Shown piece after piece: positions 1 through 8,642 of a stretch of 61,611 nucleotides of DNA. Origin of the DNA: a virus (Duplodnaviria; Caudoviricetes). The notes below the pieces were generated by a model. That model saw nothing but the letters and a program-made list of their open reading frames with translations. It did no database searches and was not told the origin of the DNA. Made by a program: the position numbers and the translations under genes. How positions within the stretch are numbered: the stretch's first letter is position 1; each line of letters begins with the position of its first letter. The stretch lies in the IMG/VR virus record IMGVR_UViG_3300032216_000320, positions 1 to 61,611 of that record. The stretch is one strand, 5' to 3'.

Positions 1-834
1 TACGGCGAAGAGCACAAAGAAATCTACGAAACAGAGAAATCTGAGCGTAGCTTCGAAGAAGAGACAAAGCTGGCTGGCTTTGCTTCTGCTCCCGTCAAGA
101 ACGAGGGTCAAGCCATTGCGTATGACAACGCACAGGAAGCCTTCACAGCACGTTACAACCACGAGACTATCGCCCTTGGCTTCTCCATCACGGAAGAAGC
201 TGTGGAAGATAACTTGTACGACAGCTTGTCTGCTCGTTACACCAAGGGCTTGGCCCGTGCTATGGCTTACACCAAGCAAGTTAAGGCTGCTTCCGTTTTG
301 AACAACGGTTTTAGCTCTAGCTATACTGGTGGTGATGGTGTTGCTCTGTTCTCTACAGCGCACCCATTGGTGTCTGGTGGCACAAACAGCAACCGTCCTT
401 CAACCAATGCTGACTTGAACGAAACATCGTTGGAAAACGCTGTTATTCAGATCGCAGCTTGGACTGATGAGCGTGGTCTGTTGATTGCTGCTAAACCTAA
501 GAAATTGATCGTGCCCCCAGCACTTCAGTTCGTTGCTACTCGTTTGCTCGAAACCAGCCTGCGCGTTGGTACAACCGACAACGACATCAACGCGTTGAAG
601 AACAACGGTTCAATTCCTGAAGGTTACACAATTAACCACTACCTGACCGACACAAACGGCTGGTTCTTGACAACTGACGTTCCTAACGGCTTGAAGCACT
701 TCGAGCGTATGGCGTTGTCTACATCTATGGATGGTGACTTCGACACAGGTAACGTTCGTTACAAGGCCCGTGAGCGTTATAGCTTCGGCTGGTCTGATCC
801 TCTGGGCGTTTTTGGTTCACCCGGTTCGTCCTGA
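1..834 (+). CDS. Major capsid protein, Mu gpT-like (HK97 fold); 3' part, with the first 26 codons at 61172-61249 across the circular join (~303 aa total)
   Basis: Frame 1 is open from base 1 (YGEEHKEIYE...LIVPPALQF...YKARERYSFGWSDPLGVFGSPG). It continues the ORF starting at 61172, sits after scaffold/decoration genes and is followed by a terminator. Confidence 0.9.
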   Translation, partial: YGEEHKEIYETEKSERSFEEETKLAGFASAPVKNEGQAIAYDNAQEAFTARYNHETIALGFSITEEAVEDNLYDSLSARYTKGLARAMAYTKQVKAASVLNNGFSSSYTGGDGVALFSTAHPLVSGGTNSNRPSTNADLNETSLENAVIQIAAWTDERGLLIAAKPKKLIVPPALQFVATRLLETSLRVGTTDNDINALKNNGSIPEGYTINHYLTDTNGWFLTTDVPNGLKHFERMALSTSMDGDFDTGNVRYKARERYSFGWSDPLGVFGSPGSS

Positions 835-862
835 TAAAAACAGCCTCACAAGGGCTATTTGG

Positions 863-885
863 GGCCACCTTCGGGTGGCCTTTTT
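863..885 (+). terminator. Rho-independent terminator after the capsid gene
   Basis: GGCCACC-TTCG-GGTGGCC stem-loop followed by TTTTT. Confidence 0.85.
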
Positions 886-952
886 ATTGTCACAAAGGTA
901 AACTACGATTAACCTGCAGTCGGGCGGACTGTTTAACTTTTAGGGGCATATC

Positions 953-1192
953 ATGAAATTTGAAATGGAATTTGGTTACTTTGGTAATAACAAAATCGCT
1001 ATTGAGACTAATGACTTTGACATGATTCAAATCTTTCAAGAGTTCATTCAGTTCCAAGAGAACTATGGCTGGGCTGTTGAGTACGTAGCCGTGCCTGATG
1101 ATGAAGATCTGTTTGAGGATGAAGACGATACTGAAGAAGAGTTGGATGGCGCTGTGGCTGAAGCCGCAGAAGAAGCTGCTCAAACAGAGTGA
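953..1192 (+). CDS. Small, extremely acidic protein (79 aa)
   Basis: ATG after AGGGG; about 25 Asp/Glu versus 2 Lys and no Arg. Confidence 0.7.
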   Translation: MKFEMEFGYFGNNKIAIETNDFDMIQIFQEFIQFQENYGWAVEYVAVPDDEDLFEDEDDTEEELDGAVAEAAEEAAQTE

Positions 1193-1194
1193 TA

Positions 1195-1575
1195 CTAGGG
1201 GGCCTTGGCCCCCTTCTTCTTTTTGGCTTTTTTGTTTTGGTGTTCTTCGTAGTGGTGTATGCGGTGGCAGTTGGCGCAAAGCACAACACACTTCTTGACT
1301 TCTTCAATGGCTTTTTTGAATGCCCTGTTTTTAACCAGAGCGTTTACTGAATATTCTTTGGTAGCTCGGTCTACGTGGTGAAAGTCAAATGTAGCGGGGT
1401 GGTTTTGGCCACATTTTATGCAAGACAATGTAGCTTTAAAGCTACGCCACTGTTCTTTGTACGCCTTGGCCGAGGTTTTACTTGCTGCAATAATAGACGC
1501 CTTGTTGTTGGCATAGTACGTACGAGCGTACTCTTTTTGTTTAGTTTGCTTAACTTTTGGGTCTTTATACGGCAT
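1195..1575 (-). CDS. HNH endonuclease-like protein (start revised to MPYKDP)
   Basis: CIKCG...FDFHHVD...CVVLCANCHRIHH Zn-ribbon/HNH pattern. Confidence 0.85.
   Translation of the reverse strand: MPYKDPKVKQTKQKEYARTYYANNKASIIAASKTSAKAYKEQWRSFKATLSCIKCGQNHPATFDFHHVDRATKEYSVNALVKNRAFKKAIEEVKKCVVLCANCHRIHHYEEHQNKKAKKKKGAKAP
1198..1226 (+). terminator. Hairpin/terminator where the acidic-protein and HNH genes converge
   Basis: GGGGGCC-TT-GGCCCCC followed by a T-rich tract. Confidence 0.5.
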
Positions 1576-2005
1576 GCTGTATCCGGTACTTCCAATACAA
1601 CGCCGTTTTAAAACCCCAAGGGTCTGACGGCTCAAACATTTTGAAACCTGTGGCAATTAAGTTGTTTGCCGATGCTGGATTGTGGTGGGTGTCGGTAATG
1701 ACCCAGTTCATGCCTAGCGCTTTTGCTTTCCGAATACGTGCCCTAAGAAGCCTTTTCTGTAAGCCCCGTCCTTGATGAGCGCGTGTAACACCTGCGCGGC
1801 ACAGATACATAGCATCAGCCCAACGACTAGAGGGAACAATACCACCGAAGCCAACCGCCTCACCACGATGTGTGTAAACGACATACCAGTATCCTTTTGT
1901 AACCGGGTAAATTTTGTCAGCGGGAAGGCAGTTTTTCTGCAACCAATTGAGCAGATGTACCACTTCGGGTACGGTAGTGTCGACCTGAACAACGCTGTAT
2001 TTCAT
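1565..2005 (-). CDS. GNAT-family acetyltransferase (start revised to MKYSVV)
   Basis: Acetyl-CoA motif A V-TRAHQGRGLQKRL and motif B N-PASANNLIATGF. Confidence 0.85.
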   Translation of the reverse strand: MKYSVVQVDTTVPEVVHLLNWLQKNCLPADKIYPVTKGYWYVVYTHRGEAVGFGGIVPSSRWADAMYLCRAGVTRAHQGRGLQKRLLRARIRKAKALGMNWVITDTHHNPASANNLIATGFKMFEPSDPWGFKTALYWKYRIQHAV

Positions 2006-2045
2006 GCACGCATATTGCCGAAAAATTGTGACAAGAAAATAAATG

Positions 2046-2074
2046 TTGCACGGCGTAAAAAGCCATGATATAAA
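2046..2074 (+). promoter_or_regulatory. Sigma70-like promoter, start site ~2081
   Basis: TTGCAC-N17-TATAAA with an extended -10 TG. Confidence 0.6.
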
Positions 2075-2080
2075 CACAGC

Positions 2081-2157
2081 AATCCGGGCTTTCCGGTGCA
2101 TCAAACAGTCCCGGCTGACGACATACCGATTGATGCACTTCACTTGTATGTAAGGAG
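2081..2157 (+). ncRNA. Pseudoknotted structured RNA, candidate Mu-gpT-DE motif
   Basis: Three interleaved stems: 2084-88/2110-14, 2096-2104/2130-38 and 2121-26/2146-51. The last abuts AAGGAG. It lies downstream of a Mu-gpT-like gene. Family identity is inferred from context only. Confidence 0.55.
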
Positions 2158-2163
2158 ATCCTC

Positions 2164-2634
2164 ATGGGATTCGCAACTCACCTTGGCCCTTGGCTCTTGG
2201 GCACTGTCAAAAACACAACCGGCACTACTGCTGGCACAGTTCAAAACACTGGCTGCACAATCGTAGCTCAAACATTCAATCTGACTGCTACTCAAGTAGC
2301 TACAGGTAGCATTTCCGCTGGGTATATTCCTGCTGGCGCTGCAATCACTTCAGTTCAGATCTTGACAACTACCTTGTTTGCTTCAGCTACTACGCTGAAA
2401 GTCAGCATTGCTGGTGTTGATACAGCGACTGCAACCACAATCACATCTGCTGGCACATACCCCATCACTTTTGCCGCAGGTTTCACACCTACTCAAGCAA
2501 ACGTTGGCGCTACTGATGCGGCATTGACATTCACTACTACCGGCTCTTCATCGACTGGTGCTGCGACTGTGATCGTTGCTTATATTGTGCGCAACTCTGA
2601 CGGCGCAATGCAACAAGCTGGTCAGCAAAACTAA
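2164..2634 (+). CDS. Virion structural protein (Thr/Ala/Gly-rich, beta-rich)
   Basis: AAGGAG RBS, composition, position in the head module. Confidence 0.7.
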   Translation: MGFATHLGPWLLGTVKNTTGTTAGTVQNTGCTIVAQTFNLTATQVATGSISAGYIPAGAAITSVQILTTTLFASATTLKVSIAGVDTATATTITSAGTYPITFAAGFTPTQANVGATDAALTFTTTGSSSTGAATVIVAYIVRNSDGAMQQAGQQN

Positions 2635-2642
2635 TTAATCTA

Positions 2643-2662
2643 GGGGGCTTCGGCCCCCGTTT
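2643..2662 (+). terminator. cUUCGg hairpin / weak terminator
   Basis: GGGGGC-TTCG-GCCCCC then GTTT. Confidence 0.55.
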
Positions 2663-2677
2663 ACAAGGAGATTAATT

Positions 2678-3205
2678 ATGACGATGCAAACAGATGTTAA
2701 AGCGGCGCATTTAAACCAATCTGGTTTTTTAACCAAGTTTCGCTGTCGTAAAAAACAAGTTACCTTGGCTGGAAACGCAAGCCAGTCCGGAAAATTGGCA
2801 TTTTTTGATACACAAACAGCGCCTGTAACTTCAGGTAATTATGGTCGTTCAGGCACTACGATTACGGTGTCTTCAACGGCGCATGGGTTGTCTACTGGCG
2901 CAACAATTGGAATTTCGTTTAATACAAGTTCTGGTGTATCTGCAACAGACGGCAACTACACTATTACCGTGACGGATGCCAACACATTTACCATGACAGA
3001 CATTAACTCTGGAACGGTTACAAATGCTGGTACGGGATGTCAATACGTGGTTGGTAATACAAATTTGTGGATTGCCACTTACGAAACTTTATCTGGCGCA
3101 ACCTCTACGCAACAATTGCTTGTTCCCGGAGAAGGCCAATTGTGCGCAAACGGTATTTACGCATACATGTCCAACATGGGTTTTGTGACTATCCACTATG
3201 GCTGA
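2678..3205 (+). CDS. Virion structural protein with an inserted beta module (TITVSSTAHGLSTG...DGNYTITVTDANTFT)
   Basis: AAGGAG RBS; the module is typical of phage virion proteins. Confidence 0.7.
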   Translation: MTMQTDVKAAHLNQSGFLTKFRCRKKQVTLAGNASQSGKLAFFDTQTAPVTSGNYGRSGTTITVSSTAHGLSTGATIGISFNTSSGVSATDGNYTITVTDANTFTMTDINSGTVTNAGTGCQYVVGNTNLWIATYETLSGATSTQQLLVPGEGQLCANGIYAYMSNMGFVTIHYG

Positions 3206-3938
3206 AACAAAACAAGCAACATTGATGGGGCGCAAGCTGTTCATAGGCATCCCAGCTTATGACGGCAAGCTAAATATCAAGACCGCATTTGCTCTGGCGC
3301 AGTTAATGCCCAAGGCGATGAGTCTTGGGGTGTCCGTCACGTTGTCTGATTTGTCAAACTGCTCCATCATTACCATGGCGCGTAATGCCTTGGTGCATGA
3401 ATTCTTAAAAACAGATTGCACAGAGCTTTTGTTTATTGACGCTGATGTGGTTGTTCAACCCGATGACATCATGCGATTGATGGCCCAAAGCGGGGGCAAA
3501 GACATTACCGCTGGGGCATATCCACGCAGAGCCAAGGATGCTAAGTTCTTTGCAGATATTTACTTTGATGAAAACGGCAATCTAGAGTTTGATGGCTCTT
3601 TGATGCGTTTAAAGCGTGCGCCTACTGGGTTTATGTTGATTCAGCGTCATGTCATTGAGCAAATGGTTTTTAACCATCCAGAGTGGACATACGAGAAGTC
3701 TCCAACAGAGAAGATGTCAGCCGTGTTTGACTTTGCCATTGTGGATGGCAAGTACGTGGGCGAAGATTACTTGTTCTGTGACAGAGCTACGCAGATGGGG
3801 TTTACGGTTTACATCGACGTTGATATTAGCCTACCCCACGTTGGGCAGGAAATGTTTGAGCGCAATTTCCGTGAAGAAGTTGTGATGCCGATGTTGGAAA
3901 ATATCTACCAATCCAAACTGAGAGTTGTAAATGGCTAA
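3198..3938 (+). CDS. Glycosyltransferase (GT-A fold, GT2-like)
   Basis: IGIPAY, ARN, LLFIDAD (DxD), TGFMLI, GEDYLFC and HVG motifs. Confidence 0.85.
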   Translation: MAETKQATLMGRKLFIGIPAYDGKLNIKTAFALAQLMPKAMSLGVSVTLSDLSNCSIITMARNALVHEFLKTDCTELLFIDADVVVQPDDIMRLMAQSGGKDITAGAYPRRAKDAKFFADIYFDENGNLEFDGSLMRLKRAPTGFMLIQRHVIEQMVFNHPEWTYEKSPTEKMSAVFDFAIVDGKYVGEDYLFCDRATQMGFTVYIDVDISLPHVGQEMFERNFREEVVMPMLENIYQSKLRVVNG

Positions 3939-4200
3939 AACAACTACAAAGAAAAAAGGCCCATCGCTGGCTGTTGGCCGTGGCGAGAAGCTACCCGTAT
4001 CCAAGGGCGCAGGGTTAACTGCCAAGGGCCGAGCTAAGTACAACGCTGCTACAGGTAGTAACTTGAAGGCTCCACAGCCACAAGGCGGCCCACGCAAGAA
4101 ATCATTCTGTGCTCGGATGTCGGGAATGCCCGGCCCCATGAAAGATGAAAACGGAAAGCCAACCCGCAAAGCGGCCTCTCTTGCAAGATGGAAGTGTTGA
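3931..4200 (+). CDS. Small basic phage protein
   Basis: Lys/Arg-rich; GLTAKGRAKYN...SFCARM...RWKC; overlaps the upstream stop. Confidence 0.75.
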   Translation: MAKTTTKKKGPSLAVGRGEKLPVSKGAGLTAKGRAKYNAATGSNLKAPQPQGGPRKKSFCARMSGMPGPMKDENGKPTRKAASLARWKC

Positions 4201-4201
4201 T

Positions 4202-4402
4202 ATGACTACGAACTCAGATACAGTTAAAAACACACTGGATATAGTTTCAGTGTTTGCAGCCGTGGGATCTTTTTTAGAAATGTTTACCCCAATATTTGGT
4301 CTTATTGGCGCAATCTGGACAGTGATGCGTATCGCTGAAATGATTGCGGGTAAACCCTTTGCTGAAATAATCCGAAGGAAAAAAGATGCCGTCGACGAGT
4401 AA
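4202..4402 (+). CDS. Small membrane protein (start revised to MTTNSD)
   Basis: Two hydrophobic segments and a basic C-terminus. Confidence 0.6.
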   Translation: MTTNSDTVKNTLDIVSVFAAVGSFLEMFTPIFGLIGAIWTVMRIAEMIAGKPFAEIIRRKKDAVDE

Positions 4403-4865
4403 AAAACAACACAACTTTATGGCGGCAATTGCGCATAACCCCGCGTTTGCCAAGAAGGTTGGAATACCGCAAAGCGTTGGAAAAGATTTTAACGAGGCGG
4501 ATAAGGGTAAGAAGTTTGGTAAGGGCGGGGAAACTCGTCCAGATGTGCAAGGTATCAACAAGCCTAAAACCGATCACGGAAAAATGGCTTTTTTTAAAGA
4601 AGGTGGAAATATGGCTACTTCAAAAATGGGCGCTCCTATCATGAAAAAAGGTATGAGCACCGCCAAAGACGGTATGAAAAAAGCAACCCCCATGGCTGAC
4701 ACATCCATGATGGGTATGAAAAAAGGCGGCATGAAAAAGATGGCTGCTGGCGGTTATACACGTGCTGCTGATGGGATTGCTTCTAAAGGCAAAACCAAAG
4801 GTACGCAGATTGCCATGAAGTCTGGTGGCATGACCAAGAAGATGAACTACGGCGGCAAGTGCTAA
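4386..4865 (+). CDS. Basic Met/Lys/Gly-rich protein with repeated xxGG motifs
   Basis: FGKGG, FKEGG, MKKGG, MAAGG, MKSGG, MNYGG. Confidence 0.75.
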   Translation: MPSTSKKQHNFMAAIAHNPAFAKKVGIPQSVGKDFNEADKGKKFGKGGETRPDVQGINKPKTDHGKMAFFKEGGNMATSKMGAPIMKKGMSTAKDGMKKATPMADTSMMGMKKGGMKKMAAGGYTRAADGIASKGKTKGTQIAMKSGGMTKKMNYGGKC

Positions 4866-4868
4866 GTC

Positions 4869-5144
4869 ATGATGGCCAGCCGTGGGATGGGGGATATTTC
4901 CCCCTCCAAAATGCCCAAAGGCGTGAAAAAAGCACGCCGTGATGATACTGACTTCACCCAATACAAAGAGGGTGGGAAGGTAAACGCTGCGGGGAATTAT
5001 ACAAAGCCCAGTTTGCGCAAGCGAATTGTGTCTCAAGTAAAAGCCGCGGCAACTCAGGGTACTGGCGCAGGTCAATGGTCAGCCCGTAAAGCTCAGTTAG
5101 TTGCCAAGAAGTACAAGGCGGCTGGCGGGGGTTACAGAGATTGA
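4869..5144 (+). CDS. Small basic protein
   Basis: NYTKPSLRKRI...GQWSARKAQLVAKKYKAAGGGY; tight operon packing. Confidence 0.75.
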   Translation: MMASRGMGDISPSKMPKGVKKARRDDTDFTQYKEGGKVNAAGNYTKPSLRKRIVSQVKAAATQGTGAGQWSARKAQLVAKKYKAAGGGYRD

Positions 5145-5374
5145 AAGCGCCACAGAAATCCTTGAAGGATTGGGGCGACCAGAAATGGAGAACCAAAAGT
5201 GGAAAACCGTCTAGTAAAACAGGTGAGCGATACCTTCCAGAAGCTGCGATCAAAAGTCTCAGCGCGGCTGAGTACGCTGCTACAACTCGTGCAAAGCGTG
5301 CTGGCAAAAAAGCCGGGAAGCAATTCGTAGCACAACCCAAAACCATTGCAAAGAAAACGGCAGGATTTAGATAA
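5141..5374 (+). CDS. Small basic protein (TTG start)
   Basis: QKSLKDWGDQKWRTKSGKPS...ERYLP; 4-nt overlap with the upstream gene. Confidence 0.7.
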   Translation: MKAPQKSLKDWGDQKWRTKSGKPSSKTGERYLPEAAIKSLSAAEYAATTRAKRAGKKAGKQFVAQPKTIAKKTAGFR

Positions 5375-5550
5375 TGGCTACAAAAAACTGGATTAAAGAC
5401 GCTATCAAGAAACCCGGAGCTTTGCGCTCTGCGCTTGGTGCTAAAAAAGGTGAACCCATCCCCGCCAAGAAGCTGGCAGCGGCAGCTAAAAAGCCCGGTA
5501 AAATGGGCCAACGCGCACGTCTGGCTGAGACTCTCAAAGGCATGAAATGA
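5374..5550 (+). CDS. Small basic protein, 58 aa (not in the ORF track)
   Basis: MATKNWIKDAIKKPGALRSALGAKKGEPIPAKKL...LAETLKGMK; fills the gap with overlapping stop/start codons. Confidence 0.75.
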   Translation: MATKNWIKDAIKKPGALRSALGAKKGEPIPAKKLAAAAKKPGKMGQRARLAETLKGMK

Positions 5551-6476
5551 CCACCTCCGGAATCGCAACGTTTAATCTTGACCTCTCAGAAATTGTTGAG
5601 GAAGCATTTGAACGCGCCGGTTCCGAGTTGCGCACGGGCTACGATTTACGTACTGCTCGTCGTTCATTAAACTTGATGTTTGCTGATTGGGCGAATCGTG
5701 GCATCAACATGTGGACTTTTGAGCAAGGGGCTATCACCCTTGTGCCCGGTCAAAACACATACGCCATACCTGCTGATACTGTTGACTTGCTTGAGCACGT
5801 GATTCGCACGGGCGCGGGTAGCGCATCTACACAAGCTGACTTAACAATCACGCGTATTAGTGTTTCTACTTACGCCACGATTCCAAACAAACTCCAACAA
5901 GCCCGACCAATTCAAGTTTGGTTCCAGCGTTTGGATGGCCAGACTTCATCAGTTGGCACAACTCTGTATGGCGCAATCACGGCCACAGATACAACAATTA
6001 CGCTGACGTCCACAACTGGACTGCCAGCCACAGGTTTCTTGCTCATAGGCTCAGAAACCATTCAGTATGGCTACATCTCAGGTAACGTGCTATACAACTG
6101 CTTCCGCGGCCAAAACAACACGACAGCGGCATCACACGTGAACGGTACAGCTGTTTACGTGCAGAACTTACCAAGCGTCACTATGTGGCCGACTCCTGAT
6201 AACAGCACAACGTATCAGTTTATTTACTGGCGCATGCGCCGTATTGACGATGCTGGCGGTGGTGTGAATACCATGGACGTGCCGTTCCGTTTCCTGCCCT
6301 GTATGGTGGCGGGGCTGGCCTATTATCTGTCGCTCAAAGTTCCTAATGGCGCTGAGCGCCTGCCTGTGCTTAAACAGCAGTATGACGAGGCTTGGGAGCT
6401 GGCCGCTACGGAAGACCGCGAGAAGGCCGCAGATCGCCTTGTACCTCGCCAGATGTTCATAGGCGGCGGAACCTGA
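5547..6476 (+). CDS. Head-tail adaptor / tail tubular-like protein with an inserted beta module
   Basis: IVEEAFER...ARRSLNLM...WPTPD...YW pattern; position. Confidence 0.65.
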   Translation: MTTSGIATFNLDLSEIVEEAFERAGSELRTGYDLRTARRSLNLMFADWANRGINMWTFEQGAITLVPGQNTYAIPADTVDLLEHVIRTGAGSASTQADLTITRISVSTYATIPNKLQQARPIQVWFQRLDGQTSSVGTTLYGAITATDTTITLTSTTGLPATGFLLIGSETIQYGYISGNVLYNCFRGQNNTTAASHVNGTAVYVQNLPSVTMWPTPDNSTTYQFIYWRMRRIDDAGGGVNTMDVPFRFLPCMVAGLAYYLSLKVPNGAERLPVLKQQYDEAWELAATEDREKAADRLVPRQMFIGGGT

Positions 6477-6477
6477 T

Positions 6478-6891
6478 ATGGGAAACCGCTTCGCTTCTGG
6501 CAAGAACAGTATCGCCATATGCGATCGCTGTGGTTTCCAGTTCAAGTTAACTTCTTTGAAAAAGGAAGTTATCAAGACAAAGCTTTACAATTTGATGGTG
6601 TGCCCTACGTGTTGGGATCCAGATCAGCCGCAGTTGCAGTTGGGTATGTACCCAGTTGATGATCCGCAGGCTGTGCGTAACCCCCGCAAGGACACAACAT
6701 ATGTGACCGCAGGTTTGAATGGCTTGCAAGATACGGTAAATGCTAATGGCGGATACCCGACAGGCGGTTCACGAGATGTTCAGTGGGGTTGGAACCCTGT
6801 GGGCGGGGCGAGTAGTTTTGATGCAGTTTTAACACCAAACTACTTGGTGGCAACGGCATATGTTGGTACAGTTACGGTAACAGTTTCATAG
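6478..6891 (+). CDS. Zn-finger-containing phage protein
   Basis: CDRCG...VCPTCWD. Confidence 0.7.
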   Translation: MGNRFASGKNSIAICDRCGFQFKLTSLKKEVIKTKLYNLMVCPTCWDPDQPQLQLGMYPVDDPQAVRNPRKDTTYVTAGLNGLQDTVNANGGYPTGGSRDVQWGWNPVGGASSFDAVLTPNYLVATAYVGTVTVTVS

Positions 6892-6900
6892 GAGCTAAAA

Positions 6901-7098
6901 ATGGCTAAAGAAGACATGAAGGCAGACAAAAAACAAGACGTCGCCTTAATCAAAAAAGCGTTCAAGCAGCATGACAAGCAAGAACACAAGGGCGGCAAGG
7001 GCACAGCCTTGAAGCTGAAAAAGGGCGGCCCTACGACCGATGACCGTATGCGTATGGGTCGTAACTTGTCACGCGCTAAAAACCAAACCACAGGTTAA
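6901..7098 (+). CDS. Small basic protein
   Basis: AGGAG RBS; Lys-rich; LKKGG motif. Confidence 0.7.
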   Translation: MAKEDMKADKKQDVALIKKAFKQHDKQEHKGGKGTALKLKKGGPTTDDRMRMGRNLSRAKNQTTG

Positions 7099-7102
7099 TA
7101 TC

Positions 7103-7345
7103 ATGGCCATCAACAACAAACCTGCTTCTGCATACGCCAAGCCCCACACAATGAGTGGTAAAGCTGTTGTTGCGTCTACAAATCCCGGCGTGCCTCCCAA
7201 TCGTAGCAAGCTTGACTCTTTGGATGTCAGTGTTGGCGGGGTGAGCAAATCTGCTGGCGATGAGCCAGTTAAGACTTCCGGCATCAAGATGCGCGGCACA
7301 GGCGCGGCTACCAAAGGCACAATGTCACGCGGCCCTATGGCTTGA
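7103..7345 (+). CDS. Small basic protein (start revised to MAINNK)
   Basis: C-terminal GIKMRGTGAATKG. Confidence 0.7.
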   Translation: MAINNKPASAYAKPHTMSGKAVVASTNPGVPPNRSKLDSLDVSVGGVSKSAGDEPVKTSGIKMRGTGAATKGTMSRGPMA

Positions 7346-7352
7346 GGTATAC

Positions 7353-8024
7353 ATGAACTACACCCAGTTAAAAGCAGCTATTCAGGCATACACGGAGAAC
7401 ACGGAGACTAACTTCGTGGCAAATATCCCTGTGTTTGTGACGCAGGCTGAGCAGCGCATTTATAACTCGGTGCAGTTCCCTTCCATTCGCAAAAACGTGA
7501 ATGGTGTTGTGTCTACAACTACACCTTATTTGAATGCCCCAGATGATTATTTGGCCACGTATTCTTTTGCGGTGATTGATGCTGCGGGCAACTACGAATA
7601 TCTGTTGAACAAAGACGTTAACTTTATTCGTCAGGCGTATCCAAAAGTTACAGACACGGGGCTTCCAAGGTATTACGCACTGTTTGGCCCAAAGGTTACA
7701 GGCGCTACAGTTTCAGACACACTGTCTTTTATTGTTGGCCCTACACCGGATTCCAACTACACAGTCGAGCTGCACTATTACTACTACCCTGAGTCCATCA
7801 CGGTAGCGGCAGATGGGCAAACATGGCTTGGCAATAACTTTGACACAGTGCTTTTGTACGCATCTTTGGTCGAGGCTTACACCTACATGAAGGGTGAGCA
7901 GGACATGATGCAGCTTTACAACACCAAGTTCATGGAAGCTTTGGCGCTTGCAAAACGTTTGGGCGATGGTATGGAGCGTCAAGACGCCTACCGATCTGGA
8001 CAGTTCCGTCAGAAAGTAACTTGA
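7353..8024 (+). CDS. Head-tail adaptor/tail protein (start revised to MNYTQL)
   Basis: GAGG RBS; AEQRI...PTPD...LLYASLVEAY pattern. Confidence 0.7.
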   Translation: MNYTQLKAAIQAYTENTETNFVANIPVFVTQAEQRIYNSVQFPSIRKNVNGVVSTTTPYLNAPDDYLATYSFAVIDAAGNYEYLLNKDVNFIRQAYPKVTDTGLPRYYALFGPKVTGATVSDTLSFIVGPTPDSNYTVELHYYYYPESITVAADGQTWLGNNFDTVLLYASLVEAYTYMKGEQDMMQLYNTKFMEALALAKRLGDGMERQDAYRSGQFRQKVT

Positions 8025-8025
8025 T

Positions 8026-8445
8026 ATGGCGATTGTTCAGACCCAAACCACAAGCTTCAAAGCGGAGCTGTATCAAGGTATTCATGACCTGACAACTGAT
8101 GTGATTAAGATTGCTTTGTACACGGCCAACGCTGATTTGAATGCTGATACTACTGTGTACAGCACAACCAATGAAGTAGCGGCTACTGGCACATATGCGC
8201 TTGGTGGTTCACAACTGACACCGATTACAGTCAGCACTTCTGGCTATACGGCTTACGTGGGATTCCCCAACGTCAGTTGGACTGCGGCACTTACGGCTCG
8301 CTGCGCGTTAATTTACAACGCAAGCAAAGGCAATAAGTCTGTTGCCGTGTTGGATTTTGGTTCAGATAAAACATCTACCACAACGTTCACCATCACAATG
8401 CCAACCAATGGCCCAACCACTTCATTGATTAGGAGTTCAAATTGA
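8026..8445 (+). CDS. Tail/virion structural protein, paralog of 8643-9101
   Basis: Shared SF..EL...H..TT...K.ALY...YS.T.EV...ALIYN...NK.V.V..FG motif. Confidence 0.75.
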   Translation: MAIVQTQTTSFKAELYQGIHDLTTDVIKIALYTANADLNADTTVYSTTNEVAATGTYALGGSQLTPITVSTSGYTAYVGFPNVSWTAALTARCALIYNASKGNKSVAVLDFGSDKTSTTTFTITMPTNGPTTSLIRSSN

Positions 8446-8633
8446 TTGTTACGACAACCAAAGGCGATATGGACGACTCTCTTCTTGAGAAAAAAGAAGG
8501 TTTTGTTGATAATGACGACGAGTACACCACGTGGGTGGAGTATTGGTTGGATGGAGAACTTGTTCACCGTTCGGTGCATGTTCAGTTAAAAAAATCCGTG
8601 GTTCTTTCTGGTTCCACAGCTTCTTTTGAGTAA
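8442..8633 (+). CDS. Small hypothetical protein (TTG start)
   Basis: AGGAG RBS; overlaps the upstream stop. Confidence 0.65.
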   Translation: MIVTTTKGDMDDSLLEKKEGFVDNDDEYTTWVEYWLDGELVHRSVHVQLKKSVVLSGSTASFE

Positions 8634-8642
8634 GGAAAAATC

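Noticed and set aside
1-362. Physical direct terminal repeat
   Set aside because: The copies diverge after 62 nt and fall mid-capsid gene, which fits assembly circularity.
2115-2121. CTGACGA as a hammerhead ribozyme core
   Set aside because: No GAAA after the potential stem II and no suitable stem III or cleavage triplet.
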